This document shows positions 1 to 9,822 of a DNA stretch of 64,000 nt, in pieces. The notes beneath the pieces were generated by a model. The model saw nothing but the letters and a program-made list of their open reading frames with translations, ran no database searches and was not told the DNA's origin. Source of the DNA: Maricaulis sp. (lineage in GTDB: Bacteria; Pseudomonadota; Alphaproteobacteria; Caulobacterales; Maricaulaceae); assembly GCF_030149425.1 (NCBI RefSeq), contig NZ_JASBRQ010000080.1, forward strand, positions 8,455 to 72,454. Direction: 5' to 3'. The stretch's first letter is position 1; each line of letters begins with the position of its first letter. The position numbers and the translations under genes are program-made.

Positions 1-75
1 CCTTGAGGAGAGGCTGGCCTTGTCCGTTTAAAGACTTAACTTCTGGCCCAGCCAGTTCACTCGAGGGGAGTACCC

Positions 76-1959
76 ATGTCTTTGATCAAACGCCTCGCGC
101 TCGGCGCCTCGATCGCCGTCCTCGTCACAGCCTGCTCACAGCCGGCCGATGACGACGCGAACACCGCAGCCGCTCCGGCCGCTGAAACCGCCAGCCCGGC
201 CCCTGAGGCCGCCAGCGAGGCCGCGGAAACAGAAACCGCACGCCTCAATGCCTGGTTCGAACAGGTCTTCCAGGACGGCATCGCGCGCAGCCCGATGTAC
301 CAGACCTTCCTCGGCATGAAGACGAATTACGACCAGTGGGGCGATGCCTCGCCGGAATTCCAGCAGGAAGGGTATGAGATCGGCCAGCAGAACTACCAGT
401 ACATGCTGGAAAATTTCGACTTCGATCAACTTGATGCGAGCGCCCAGATCTCCTGGCGCCTGTTCGAGCGCAATGCCCTGCGCTCGCAGGAAGGTCAGCG
501 CTGGCTCGATCACGGTTACACGTTCACGCCGCGCTCCGGCCCGCACATGAACACGCCGACCTTCCTGATCAACAACCACCGCGTTGATACGCTGGAAGAC
601 GCCGAAGCCTATATCGGCCGCCTCAACGGCATGGGCGACTATCTCGACCAGAACATTGCCAATGCCCGCCGCTCGGCCGAGATCGGCGTCTACACGCCGC
701 GCTGGACCTATCAGCCGATGATCGAGACCTCGCGCAATGTCATCAGCGGCGCACCGTTTGACGACAGCGCCGAAGACAGCCCGCTGATGGGTGATTTCCG
801 CCGCAAGGTGACCGCACTGGAGCTGTCGGAAGAGGAAACCGCTCGCCTCATCGGCGAAGCCGAAGCCGCCCTCACCGGTGTGGTTCAGCCGGCCTATGAA
901 CGTATCATCGCCCTGTTTGAAGAACAGGAAGCCGTTGCCAGCGAAGACGACGGCGTGTGGAAACACCCGGACGGTGCCGAATTCTACAACTACCTGCTCA
1001 ACGGCTATACGACGATGGATATCTCCGCCGAGGAGATCCACCAGATCGGCCTGAGCGAGGTTGCCCGCATCCATGGCGAGATGCAGGCCATCATGGACCA
1101 GGTCGGCTTTGAAGGCTCGCTGCAGGACTTCTTCGAATTCATGCGGACCGACGAGCAGTTCTACTATCCGAACACGGATGAGGGCCGCCAGCGCTATCTC
1201 GATGAAGCCACTGCGTTGATCAACACCATGACCGAGACGCTGCCGCAAATGTTCAACACCTTCCCGCAAGCCGAGCTGGAAGTGCGCCGCGTCGAGCCCT
1301 TCCGTGAAGCTTCTGCCGGCAAGGCCTTCTATCAGCGCCCGGCCCCGAACGGCTCACGCCCGGGCGTCTACTACGCCAATCTGCGCGACATGGCGCAAAT
1401 GCCGATCTACCAGATGGAAGCCCTCGCCTACCATGAAGGCGCACCGGGTCACCACATGCAGCTGGCGATTATGCAGGAATTGCAAGGCATCCCGTCCTTC
1501 CGCCGCTTTGGCGGCTATACCGCCTATACCGAAGGCTGGGGTCTTTACACCGAATACTTCCCGCTCGAATTCGGCTTCTATTCCGACCCCTATTCCAACT
1601 TCGGCCGCCTTGCCATGGAGCTGTGGCGGGCCTGCCGCCTCGTGGTCGATACTGGCCTGCATTATCACCAGTGGTCGCGTCAGGAGGCGGTCGATTATCT
1701 GATCGAGAACACGCCGAACCCGGAAGGTGACTCAATCAACGCCATTGATCGCTATATCGTCTTTGCCGGCCAGGCCACGGCCTACCAGATCGGCAAGAAC
1801 GAGATCCTGCGCATGCGTGCCAATGCGGAAGAACGCCTCGGCGATGCCTATGACATCCGCGAGTTCCACGATGTCATCCTGCGCGAGGGCGCCCTGCCGC
1901 TGGCCGTTCTGGAAGAACAGATCGACGCCTATATCGAACGCACGATCGCAGCGCAGTAA
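76..1959 (+). CDS. DUF885-family secreted lipoprotein (metallopeptidase-like)
   Basis: 627-aa ORF with a GAGGGGAG SD at 62-69. Lipobox LVTAC, Ala/Pro/Glu linker, and C-terminal HEGAPGHHMQ and YTEGWGLY strings that I associate with DUF885. A hairpin terminator follows. Confidence 0.8.
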   Translation: MSLIKRLALGASIAVLVTACSQPADDDANTAAAPAAETASPAPEAASEAAETETARLNAWFEQVFQDGIARSPMYQTFLGMKTNYDQWGDASPEFQQEGYEIGQQNYQYMLENFDFDQLDASAQISWRLFERNALRSQEGQRWLDHGYTFTPRSGPHMNTPTFLINNHRVDTLEDAEAYIGRLNGMGDYLDQNIANARRSAEIGVYTPRWTYQPMIETSRNVISGAPFDDSAEDSPLMGDFRRKVTALELSEEETARLIGEAEAALTGVVQPAYERIIALFEEQEAVASEDDGVWKHPDGAEFYNYLLNGYTTMDISAEEIHQIGLSEVARIHGEMQAIMDQVGFEGSLQDFFEFMRTDEQFYYPNTDEGRQRYLDEATALINTMTETLPQMFNTFPQAELEVRRVEPFREASAGKAFYQRPAPNGSRPGVYYANLRDMAQMPIYQMEALAYHEGAPGHHMQLAIMQELQGIPSFRRFGGYTAYTEGWGLYTEYFPLEFGFYSDPYSNFGRLAMELWRACRLVVDTGLHYHQWSRQEAVDYLIENTPNPEGDSINAIDRYIVFAGQATAYQIGKNEILRMRANAEERLGDAYDIREFHDVILREGALPLAVLEEQIDAYIERTIAAQ

Positions 1960-1976
1960 ACGCTCCAATACAACGC

Positions 1977-2006
1977 AAAAGGCCGCCCGACCGGGCGGCC
2001 TTTTTT
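1977..2006. terminator. Bidirectional rho-independent terminator between convergent genes
   Basis: aaaa-GGCCGCCC-gacc-GGGCGGCC-tttttt: a perfect 8-bp GC stem flanked by an A-run and a T-run. Confidence 0.75.
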
Positions 2007-2024
2007 GTGGGCTGAACGCGAGGC

Positions 2025-3851
2025 TCACTCGTCAAAGGGATCGGAAAACGCATCCTCCGTGACGAAACTCTCATCGGTCAGTGTGTGTAGGAAAGCGACC
2101 AGAGCAGCGATCTCGTCATCGTCAAGATTGAAGCGCTGGATCGGAGCACCGGCATTATTGCCCTGACGCAATAGATTGCTGGTCTCGCCATTGTCATTGA
2201 CCCCGGTGGCGTAAAACTCAACCACCTCCTCCAATGTTTCGAACCGCCCATCATGCATGAAGGGCGCGGTCAGGGCGATATTGCGCAGGCTGGGGACTTT
2301 GAAATCATCATCGCCGGTTGCGCCACCACCGCTCACTGTCGGATCCAGGCCGATATTCTGCGGCGGACGATTGAGGACGTGGGCGTCGGTCTGATGACAC
2401 TGGTTACAGCCCATGGATTGCACCGGCCCCAGCCCGGCCTGGGCCAGCAGCGCGTCATCGATCGGCATGAACAGCGCCATGCCGTGCAGCTCCTGCTGGG
2501 TGAAACGGCCGGCAAAATCCGGCGTATCGGCATTGGGGTCGTCACCTATGCGGGCCGTATCGAAGCTCGACCCAGCGCTAACCATTGCCCGCTGGAACTG
2601 AGCCAGCGCCCTGGCGATACGGTCCGAGGTCACGGTGTCATCGCCGAAGGCTGCCGTGAACAGCGGCGGATAAAAGCTCTGCGCTTCCACCGCGGCGACC
2701 ACATTCTCAAGCGTATTGCCCATTTCCACTGGCGAGACGATGGGACCAAGAGCTTGCTCTTCGAGCGAAGCGGCGCGTTCATCCCAGAACATATTGCCCC
2801 GGTCATAGAACCGCACATTGGCCAGATGCGGGGCGTTCACCGGCGTCAGCTGACCATCGAAACCGCGGCTGAACCGGCTCGGTTCGCCAAAGGAGAAAGC
2901 CTGGACATGGCAGCTGGCGCAGGAGACGGTGTTATTGACCGACAGGCGGGTGTCGTAAAACAAGACGCGCCCCAGCGTCGCTCCGGCATTGGTCAGCGGG
3001 TTATTGTTGGGCGTATTGTCTCGCGCGGCGATGGAATTTCCGCCATTGACCGGCTGCAGGAAGTGTAGCGGCAAATCCTCTTCCGCCAGGGCGACATAAT
3101 CGACCGGCGTTGCAGGCAGGACAGGCGCTCCGATGGTCGTACCGCGGATAATAACGATCCGGATGGGCAATACGGCATCGCTACCGGCCCCGTTCGAAGC
3201 GGTAATCACACCGGAGAAGACGCCGGCCGAGCTGGCAATCCCCTCAAGCCGGTCATTGACCACAGCGAGGCCAGGAATGGTGGTATCCAGCGTGATCTCG
3301 AACTCCAGCCTATTGCCGGACGGGTCTTCGAAATAGTCCGACCAGCTCGCTGGATCAAAGGTGATTGACTGACCGGTGACGAAGCGCAATCCGACCTGGC
3401 CGGAGAGCGCTTTCACATCCTGGTTTGCCTGGATGAAGATGGAAAAACTGTCCGAGGCGGTCGCGCCCATCGGATCACGGGCTGTGATGGTTACGATGGC
3501 CTCCACAACCGTATCGGGCGTCCCGCTGATGGTTCCGCCATTGGCGTCCAGTCCTATATTCGCCGGCGTGATGGCGATTGAATAGGTCAGCGCATCGCCA
3601 TCCGGATCGCTGAAGGTCTGGCCGCTTTGGGTCGCGTCATAGGTGAACGCCTCGCCCACCCGCGCGGACTGATCCAGATTGGCCACCGATACGATCGGTG
3701 CCGCATTGGCCACCTGGCTTCCGCCTCCGGTCGTGCCGGACGAACTATCACCGCCACCGCCGCCGCAGGCGGCGAGCAATAAACACATGGCAGATGAAAC
3801 GAACAAAACCCCGGCCTGATTTCGAGCCCTGTGAGGGAATAACCCGTACAT
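2025..3851 (-). CDS. Di-haem cytochrome c peroxidase (CCP/MauG family) lipoprotein with N-terminal Ig/cadherin-like repeats
   Basis: Two CxxCH haem motifs (CASCH, CNQCH) with FKVPSLRNIALTAPFMHDG. N-terminal repeats of the DPDGDALTYS ... TISGTP type. Lipobox LLAAC. Start set at ATG 3851 (AGGAG 7 nt upstream) rather than the ORF-track start 3884. Confidence 0.8.
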   Translation of the reverse strand: MYGLFPHRARNQAGVLFVSSAMCLLLAACGGGGGDSSSGTTGGGSQVANAAPIVSVANLDQSARVGEAFTYDATQSGQTFSDPDGDALTYSIAITPANIGLDANGGTISGTPDTVVEAIVTITARDPMGATASDSFSIFIQANQDVKALSGQVGLRFVTGQSITFDPASWSDYFEDPSGNRLEFEITLDTTIPGLAVVNDRLEGIASSAGVFSGVITASNGAGSDAVLPIRIVIIRGTTIGAPVLPATPVDYVALAEEDLPLHFLQPVNGGNSIAARDNTPNNNPLTNAGATLGRVLFYDTRLSVNNTVSCASCHVQAFSFGEPSRFSRGFDGQLTPVNAPHLANVRFYDRGNMFWDERAASLEEQALGPIVSPVEMGNTLENVVAAVEAQSFYPPLFTAAFGDDTVTSDRIARALAQFQRAMVSAGSSFDTARIGDDPNADTPDFAGRFTQQELHGMALFMPIDDALLAQAGLGPVQSMGCNQCHQTDAHVLNRPPQNIGLDPTVSGGGATGDDDFKVPSLRNIALTAPFMHDGRFETLEEVVEFYATGVNDNGETSNLLRQGNNAGAPIQRFNLDDDEIAALVAFLHTLTDESFVTEDAFSDPFDE

Positions 3852-3950
3852 ATACTCACTCCTGTCCCGCCCCGCTAAAGGCATCCCCTCAGCCCTTCAA
3901 CGCGGCGCAAAGGAAATCCCGTCGGGAAAGTGTGAGATTTATTCCGGCAC

Positions 3951-3980
3951 GAAAAACGGCCGCCCCAGACAGGGCGGCCG
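3951..3980 (-). terminator. Rho-independent terminator of the flgB-flgC-fliE operon
   Basis: CGGCCGCCC/GGGCGGCCG stem; on the minus strand it is followed by TTTTT. Confidence 0.65.
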
Positions 3981-4008
3981 CTCGAAATACCAGTGATAGT
4001 GCCGGTGC

Positions 4009-4326
4009 TTAGATCGGCATCCGCAGGATTTCCTGATACGCCTTCACGACTTCATCCCGGACCGCCACAACGGTTTCCAGCGTGATCTCGGCCGCTGAGA
4101 CGGCGGTGGCGACATCAATCAGGTCAGCCTGACCGGTCAGGCTCGCCTGGGTCATCGCTTCGGCACCCGCAAGGGTGTCCTGGGTGTTGGCGACAGCTTC
4201 GGTCACAAGCCCGCCAAAATCGACATTGGCAGAGCCCGCGGCGGCGGTATCGCCACCGGGCGTGACCTGCTGTGCGGCGCGGGCAGCGGCTTGATAGGCC
4301 TGAAGGGCGGAAAGATCGGCAGCCAT
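4009..4326 (-). CDS. fliE: Flagellar hook-basal body complex protein FliE
   Basis: 105 aa with the typical FliE C-terminus (AVSAAEITLETVVAVRDEVVKAYQEILRMPI). Lies directly downstream of flgC. Confidence 0.9.
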   Translation of the reverse strand: MAADLSALQAYQAAARAAQQVTPGGDTAAAGSANVDFGGLVTEAVANTQDTLAGAEAMTQASLTGQADLIDVATAVSAAEITLETVVAVRDEVVKAYQEILRMPI

Positions 4327-4354
4327 GGTTTTCTACTCCAGCTGAGCGTCGCGT

Positions 4355-4768
4355 TTAGCGGCGCAGTAGATCGAGCGTTCGGTCCATCATTCGGCGATGG
4401 TTCTCGATCATGTTCAGATTGGCCTCGTATGTGCGCATCGCCTCCCGCATATCCATCATCTCGACCAGAGACTGGACATTGGTGGTGCGGACATAGCCCT
4501 GTTCATCCGCAGCCGGATGGCCGGGATTATATTCCATCTTGAAGGCCGACATATCGTCGACCGCGTCCGTCATGCGAACAGTGTTGGCGCCGGTGACGCG
4601 ATCCAGCTCCGCCTCAAACACCGGGATCTGGCGTCGATAGGGGTCACCGCCCGGCGTGCGTGCCGTGGAATCGGCATTAGCGATATTCTCGGAGATGATG
4701 CGCATACGCGCGGCCTGAGCGCGAAGGCCCGCCGCGGAAATCTGCATCGTGTCGTTAGGACCAGCCAT
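4355..4768 (-). CDS. flgC: Flagellar basal-body rod protein FlgC
   Basis: 137 aa. ISAAGLRAQAARMRIISENIANADST and the C-terminal SNVQSLVEMMDMREAMRTYEAN rod-protein signature. Confidence 0.95.
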   Translation of the reverse strand: MAGPNDTMQISAAGLRAQAARMRIISENIANADSTARTPGGDPYRRQIPVFEAELDRVTGANTVRMTDAVDDMSAFKMEYNPGHPAADEQGYVRTTNVQSLVEMMDMREAMRTYEANLNMIENHRRMMDRTLDLLRR

Positions 4769-4784
4769 GGGTCATGCTCCTCAT

Positions 4785-5219
4785 CTAGCCGCCCGGTCGC
4801 CGGATGGCGACGCGCAGGAGACCGATACTCTTCTGGTAGAGGCTCAACGCGCTTTCATAGCGCATGCGTGTTTCCTGAGCCCGGACCATCTGTTCTTCCA
4901 CCACGACAGAATTGCCATTGACCGTGGTTTCACTATCGGGACTGTTCGACGTTGCATACGTGCGCGTCCCACCACCGCCGGAATTGCCCGGGATGTGGTT
5001 CGCCTGGGTCGTGCGCAGCTCAAGATTACGGCCGCCGGCTTGGGCCTGGCCGATCTCACGCGACAGCGCGCTCATAAATGCATTCTCGTCGAGATCCTGC
5101 GGCGTAAATCCGGGCGTGTTCGCGTTTGCGACATTGTCCGCGATGACACGCTGCCGCTCGGCGTTGAAGCCCATATTTTCGCGCAGGAGCGCCAGAATCG
5201 GCACATTGTCGAGCCGCAT
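4785..5219 (-). CDS. flgB: Flagellar basal-body rod protein FlgB
   Basis: 144 aa. RQRVIADNVANANTPGF rod N-terminal motif. First gene of flgBC-fliE. Confidence 0.9.
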   Translation of the reverse strand: MRLDNVPILALLRENMGFNAERQRVIADNVANANTPGFTPQDLDENAFMSALSREIGQAQAGGRNLELRTTQANHIPGNSGGGGTRTYATSNSPDSETTVNGNSVVVEEQMVRAQETRMRYESALSLYQKSIGLLRVAIRRPGG

Positions 5220-5264
5220 CAGCGAATCCCTTTCGTAACCAGTGTTAAGGCTGCGCCCGCACGG

Positions 5265-5279
5265 TTAACGCCGGTTTAA
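5265..5279. promoter_or_regulatory. Candidate CtrA box (TTAA-N7-TTAA) in the divergent flgB / fliO promoter region
   Basis: Exact TTAAcgccggtTTAA, read directly, lying between the flgB start (5219) and the fliO start (5328). Confidence 0.5.
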
Positions 5280-5327
5280 CCGCATCACCTCAGAAGGCGA
5301 ATATCCCATGTATCAGGCGGCTTCTCG

Positions 5328-5651
5328 ATGACCGACGCGGTGGATTTGACGCAATACTTTCTGGCCATGCTGGTCCTGGCCGGACTGCTGGGTGTTCTGG
5401 GCCTGTTTGCCATGGCGGTCCAGCGTGGCTGGATATTGCAGAGCGTGACCGGCCTGGCCGGTTTCAAGGCGGACGAGCGGCGCATGAAAATCCGCGAAAC
5501 CCTGGTCCTCGATCCGCGCCGGCGCATGGTGATCGTTGAGGTCGATGAGGAGGAACACCTCATCCTGCTCGGCGCGACAACAGAAACGCTCGTGAAGACC
5601 CAGCCGGCGCCTGAGCGACCGGACGCCAATGAGGAGACGCCCCATGCGTAA
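5328..5651 (+). CDS. fliO: Flagellar biosynthetic protein FliO
   Basis: 107 aa with a single N-terminal TM helix (YFLAMLVLAGLLGVLGLFAMAV). Immediately upstream of fliP and overlapping it. Confidence 0.7.
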   Translation: MTDAVDLTQYFLAMLVLAGLLGVLGLFAMAVQRGWILQSVTGLAGFKADERRMKIRETLVLDPRRRMVIVEVDEEEHLILLGATTETLVKTQPAPERPDANEETPHA

Positions 5652-6405
5652 GGGCTTCTGGTTTTATCTTCTGCTCTTTGCGGCAGGCATCGCCATGCTG
5701 GTTGGCGCCGCCGGTAGTGCGGAAGCTCAGAGCGTGACCATCGATACCGGTTCAGACGGCGAGCTGACCGAGCGCGTGATCCAGCTGATTGCGCTTTTGA
5801 CGATCCTGTCGCTCGCCCCCTCCATCGTCATCATGACGACGAGTTTCGTCCGCATTATTGTCGTGCTTTCGCTCCTGCGCACTGGGCTTGGCTTGCAGCA
5901 GAGCCCGCCTAACGCGGTCCTGATCTCGCTGGCCCTGTTCCTGACCGCCTTCATCATGGCGCCGGTCTTCAGCCAGTCCTACAATGACGGTATCGAGCCC
6001 CTGCTCAATGGCGAGATCGAAATGATGGAGGCGTTTGATCGCTCCTCCGGCCCGGTCAAAGACTTCATGTTGATGCATACGCGCGAGGCCGATCTCGAGC
6101 TTTTCATCAACATGTCCCAGGAGCCGATCCCGGAGACACCGCAGGAAACCTCCTTCTGGATCGTCGCCCCGGCCTTCATGATTTCCGAGCTACGCCGCGC
6201 CTTCGAGATCGGCTTCCTGCTCTTCATCCCCTTCCTGATCATCGACCTCGTTGTCGCTTCGATCCTGATGTCGATGGGTATGATGATGCTGCCACCGATC
6301 ATTATCTCCCTGCCCTTCAAGCTGATCTTCTTTGTGCTTGTGGATGGCTGGCGACTGGTGACGGGCTCGCTGGTGCAAAGTTTCGGAACATTGCCTGGAG
6401 GCTGA
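5644..6405 (+). CDS. fliP: Flagellar type III export apparatus protein FliP
   Basis: Cleavable signal, then TSFVRIIVVLSLLRTGLGLQQSPPNAVLISLALFLTAFIMAPV, the hallmark FliP core. Start chosen at ATG 5644 (GGAG 7 nt upstream, ATGCGTAA overlap with the fliO stop). The ORF-track start 5629 is also possible. Confidence 0.9.
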   Translation: MRKGFWFYLLLFAAGIAMLVGAAGSAEAQSVTIDTGSDGELTERVIQLIALLTILSLAPSIVIMTTSFVRIIVVLSLLRTGLGLQQSPPNAVLISLALFLTAFIMAPVFSQSYNDGIEPLLNGEIEMMEAFDRSSGPVKDFMLMHTREADLELFINMSQEPIPETPQETSFWIVAPAFMISELRRAFEIGFLLFIPFLIIDLVVASILMSMGMMMLPPIIISLPFKLIFFVLVDGWRLVTGSLVQSFGTLPGG

Positions 6406-6408
6406 CCG

Positions 6409-6427
6409 CCCCGGAGCAACTCCGGGG
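6409..6427. terminator. Weak hairpin between convergent fliP and the TPR gene
   Basis: CCCCGGAG-caa-CTCCGGGG 8-bp stem with no clear U-tract. Confidence 0.35.
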
Positions 6428-6459
6428 ACGCGTTCAAAAGCCAAAAAGCGTTGGGGACT

Positions 6460-9400
6460 TTAAGCGCCTTCGCCGTTAAAGCGTGCGCGGAAGGGCTGGA
6501 TGAAGGCTTCCAGCGTATCAATGCCGGCAATGCGGCCAGCCAGGTCATTGAACCGGACATTGCCAGGCGTGGCATTGTCATTGGTCAGAAGGGCAAAGGC
6601 TGCAGCTTGGTCCGTGGCATCCATCATCTCGCCGAAGCGCTGCCCCAGACGGCGCGCACCGGCGCGGTCGCCGGCCAGCGAATAGGCAATGGCGGCGCGC
6701 ATGACATCGTTTTGTTCCGGCGGTGTGAGCGGTGCCGGATTCTGGTAGCGATTGCCCAAGAGACGCTCGATACGCGGACCGGTTTCCTCCCAGTCGCGAT
6801 TATCCCAGGCGATATCGGCGCGCAGACGCCCGGCCGCATCGCTGCGATCGTCGGCAATCAGATCCAGAGCCGCATCAACCCGGCCAAGCTCTGACAGGGC
6901 ACGAGCTTCCAGCAGATAGCGCTCATCAACCAGTTCGGACGGCAAGCCGGCCACGCGCGAACGGCGGATGGTGTTGAGCGCATCCTCATAGCGATGGTCC
7001 ATCAGATAAACCACGGCCAGGTCTGTCGCGACCCGGGCGCGGGCAATCGGTTCACGCAGGCGATTATCGACCTGGTGCTGCAGCAATTCCGAAGCCGGAT
7101 CGAGCAAGTCGAACGCAATCAGGCGGTCGGCCAGGCGGCGGATCATGCGGTCGCCATCGGCTCCGATCGGTGCGAGGTGCTGGTATTGATAGAACACCGC
7201 CACCGCTTCGATCGGGTCCATCCGGTCCGCCTCGCCCTCCAGGAAGAGGCGGCGGAAGATGGAGTTCATGTCCTCGAAGATACGGCGCTCGCTTTCATTG
7301 CCGGCGAAGCGCGACTGGGCCATGGCCATGGTTTCGAGCCCGCGGCCATACTGTCCGCTCTCGACATAAAGCTGGCCCAGCGTGCGGATGGTTTCACTCT
7401 CGATACTGTCACCACGCCAGCGGAAGCGGAGGTTTTCCAGCTCTTCAATCGCAGCATCGCGCTCAATCCGGCCATCGGCCAGTTTGAGACGCGTCATCTC
7501 GTAAATCGCGCGCGCTTCCATCGGTGGATTACCGGAAACCGCCAGCTCTTCCAGGCGCGTGATCGCAGTGTCGAGATCGCCATTGGCCTCGGCCAGGCGA
7601 GCCGAAACATATTGCCCGTCGAGCCGGGTCTGCTCGTCAGGCTCACCGTTTTCAATGGCATAGAGATGCTGTTCAGCGGAGGCGAAATCGCCGAGCTCCA
7701 ACGTGGCGCGGGCGAGCGCTGCCTGATAACGCGCTTGCCAGACCGGCGGATAGAAGAAGGCCGCATCTTCACCGCGGCCGAGGCGGCGGCGAGCATCCTC
7801 CCAACGCTCCTGCTCAACCGCGATCATGCCGCGCCACATATCAGCGGCGGGGTCCATCGCCAGTGACGGAGTCGATAGATAGGTCTGCGCATCATCAAGA
7901 CGATGCATCATGTAGCTGGCCACGCCGCGAAGCGCCTGGACATGGCTGTCGGTAGCAAGTTCGGGTTCGTCCCGGGTTGCCAGGTTCAGCATCCCGATCG
8001 CTTCGGGGGCGAGGTCGTGGGCGAGCAGGAAGCGCGCCATGGAGACCCGGCTGCCCGGACTGTTCTCAACCGCGGCCCGGCGGGTCCGCGAGCGCCATTC
8101 ATCGGCGAAATAGCCATTGCCGCGCCAGTTATCGAAATCCATCAGGGCCGGTGAAGAAATATTCGCCAGCACAGAGGCATCGCCCTGGCTGCGTGCACCG
8201 TCTGATGAGGGCGTGAGATTGAGCCCTTCCGGCCGCCCGATCACCGCACCGCCGCCAATGATCGAAACGGCGACATCCTCAGCCACCGCCTGAACAGCAA
8301 CACCCTGGGCCGAAGGCAGTAGTGCGCCTCCAACAAAAGTCCGGCGGGTCGCAAGCCCTTCCACGGGACCGCCCGCAGTGACTACGGCGACACGATCACC
8401 GACCATCGGGTCATCAATCCAGCGCACTTCGCGCGGGCTCGACATATCAACCAGTATCCGGCCCAGACGGCCGCGGCGCGCATCGCGCCGCACATTGATC
8501 GGGCGCGGCGGGCTGTCGATGCGTTCAGAGAAGACCACCGTCCACTCATCGCCTTCCTGGCGCACTTCGGCCTGGGTCGTTGACGGCACCACCATGCGGA
8601 CGGCGACATAGTCTTCACCGCTGTGCACGGTGTGCGCACTGGAATGCCGGCTCTGGCGGAATGCCAGCTCACGCATATCCAGCTCAGCCGGCGTGTCGAA
8701 GACAACCCAGATCGCCTCGCCTCGGCGGAAGACGGCGGCGCCGACAGGTCCGGTCCAGCCGAATTCGGTGCGCAAGTCGCCATTGAACTCGGATACGGCA
8801 ACCGGAACGATGCCGCTTTCGGGCACCGGATTGCGCACCTCCGGCTCGGTCTCCTCAGCCAGAGCTTCCTCGACGGGCTCGGTTACCGTCGGGGTCAGGA
8901 CGGCGGGGCCGACCGGGTCCGGCTCACTCTCGGCAATCGCCTCGGCTGCCTGCACCAGGGGCTCGGCGCTTTGCTCGGGCAAAAGCTCGGCGATTTGTTC
9001 CAACAGGCTTTGCGCGCTGGCCGCGTCGGGGCTGACCAGATCGATCGCGACCCGCTCGTCCTCGCCCCAGGCACGCGCGCGTACGCCCTCTTCCAGCTCC
9101 AGCTGCAGCACCCATTCATCGCCCTCGCGACGCCCTTGGGCATTGCGCAAAAGTGCCGGAGGAGAGCCCGCGAGGCGCGCCAGCGAAACCTCGGCAGGGC
9201 GAGCAAATCGCAACTCGGCGATATTTCCGTTCTGGCGCAGCGCATAATCGACGGTTTCCGGCCAGATCAGCTCGAGCCGGGTATATTCGGAGTTCTGCCC
9301 AATCCGCAATTCGACCGGCATGGCGGGAACAGGCGGCGGACCTTCCGGCTCACGCTCAGCCTCCTCCGCAGCAAGAGCGGCGGCTTCGCGCTCGGCCAGC

Positions 9401-9822
9401 TCACGCGGCGACACCACCGGCGCCGGCGCCGGCGCACCAACCGGAACCAGATCGATCGCCAGCCAGTCATAGCTGGAGGAGACGTAGGCGTCGGCTTCCT
9501 GGTTCAAGGCAACGCGTAATGTGCGCCCGTCATCGTCAAGCCGCGCCCGCGCAGCCAGGCTTCCCAGCTGGGAGGCGAGATCACGGATGTCCGCATCAAC
9601 CGGTTCGCTGAAGGTCGCGATCAGGACGGTGTGCTGGATATCAACCTCGGCATCGGGCCGTCGATCGCCAACACTGTCCGCATAATCCAGCAGAATCCGC
9701 GCACGCGTGCCGTCGCGATCGACCGACACGGTTGCGGGCTGCTGGGTCAGCGCTGTTGAACTTAATAGCAGGGACAGCGCAAACCCGGTCGCCAGACCTG
9801 TATGTCTAGGTCTCGTCGGCAA
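6460..9822 (-). CDS. Large secreted protein: two AMIN-like beta modules, Pro/Glu/Ala linkers and a long TPR-like helical repeat region; last gene of the fliLM operon
   Basis: 1120-aa ORF with an N-terminal signal (FALSLLLSSTALTQQ). Two roughly 100-aa modules each end in IDLVP / IDLVSP. The C-terminal half is Ala/Leu/Arg/Asp-rich TPR-like repeats. The only in-frame start that keeps the signal peptide is TTG 9822, which overlaps the upstream gene by 17 nt. Confidence 0.7.
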   Translation of the reverse strand: MPTRPRHTGLATGFALSLLLSSTALTQQPATVSVDRDGTRARILLDYADSVGDRRPDAEVDIQHTVLIATFSEPVDADIRDLASQLGSLAARARLDDDGRTLRVALNQEADAYVSSSYDWLAIDLVPVGAPAPAPVVSPRELAEREAAALAAEEAEREPEGPPPVPAMPVELRIGQNSEYTRLELIWPETVDYALRQNGNIAELRFARPAEVSLARLAGSPPALLRNAQGRREGDEWVLQLELEEGVRARAWGEDERVAIDLVSPDAASAQSLLEQIAELLPEQSAEPLVQAAEAIAESEPDPVGPAVLTPTVTEPVEEALAEETEPEVRNPVPESGIVPVAVSEFNGDLRTEFGWTGPVGAAVFRRGEAIWVVFDTPAELDMRELAFRQSRHSSAHTVHSGEDYVAVRMVVPSTTQAEVRQEGDEWTVVFSERIDSPPRPINVRRDARRGRLGRILVDMSSPREVRWIDDPMVGDRVAVVTAGGPVEGLATRRTFVGGALLPSAQGVAVQAVAEDVAVSIIGGGAVIGRPEGLNLTPSSDGARSQGDASVLANISSPALMDFDNWRGNGYFADEWRSRTRRAAVENSPGSRVSMARFLLAHDLAPEAIGMLNLATRDEPELATDSHVQALRGVASYMMHRLDDAQTYLSTPSLAMDPAADMWRGMIAVEQERWEDARRRLGRGEDAAFFYPPVWQARYQAALARATLELGDFASAEQHLYAIENGEPDEQTRLDGQYVSARLAEANGDLDTAITRLEELAVSGNPPMEARAIYEMTRLKLADGRIERDAAIEELENLRFRWRGDSIESETIRTLGQLYVESGQYGRGLETMAMAQSRFAGNESERRIFEDMNSIFRRLFLEGEADRMDPIEAVAVFYQYQHLAPIGADGDRMIRRLADRLIAFDLLDPASELLQHQVDNRLREPIARARVATDLAVVYLMDHRYEDALNTIRRSRVAGLPSELVDERYLLEARALSELGRVDAALDLIADDRSDAAGRLRADIAWDNRDWEETGPRIERLLGNRYQNPAPLTPPEQNDVMRAAIAYSLAGDRAGARRLGQRFGEMMDATDQAAAFALLTNDNATPGNVRFNDLAGRIAGIDTLEAFIQPFRARFNGEGA

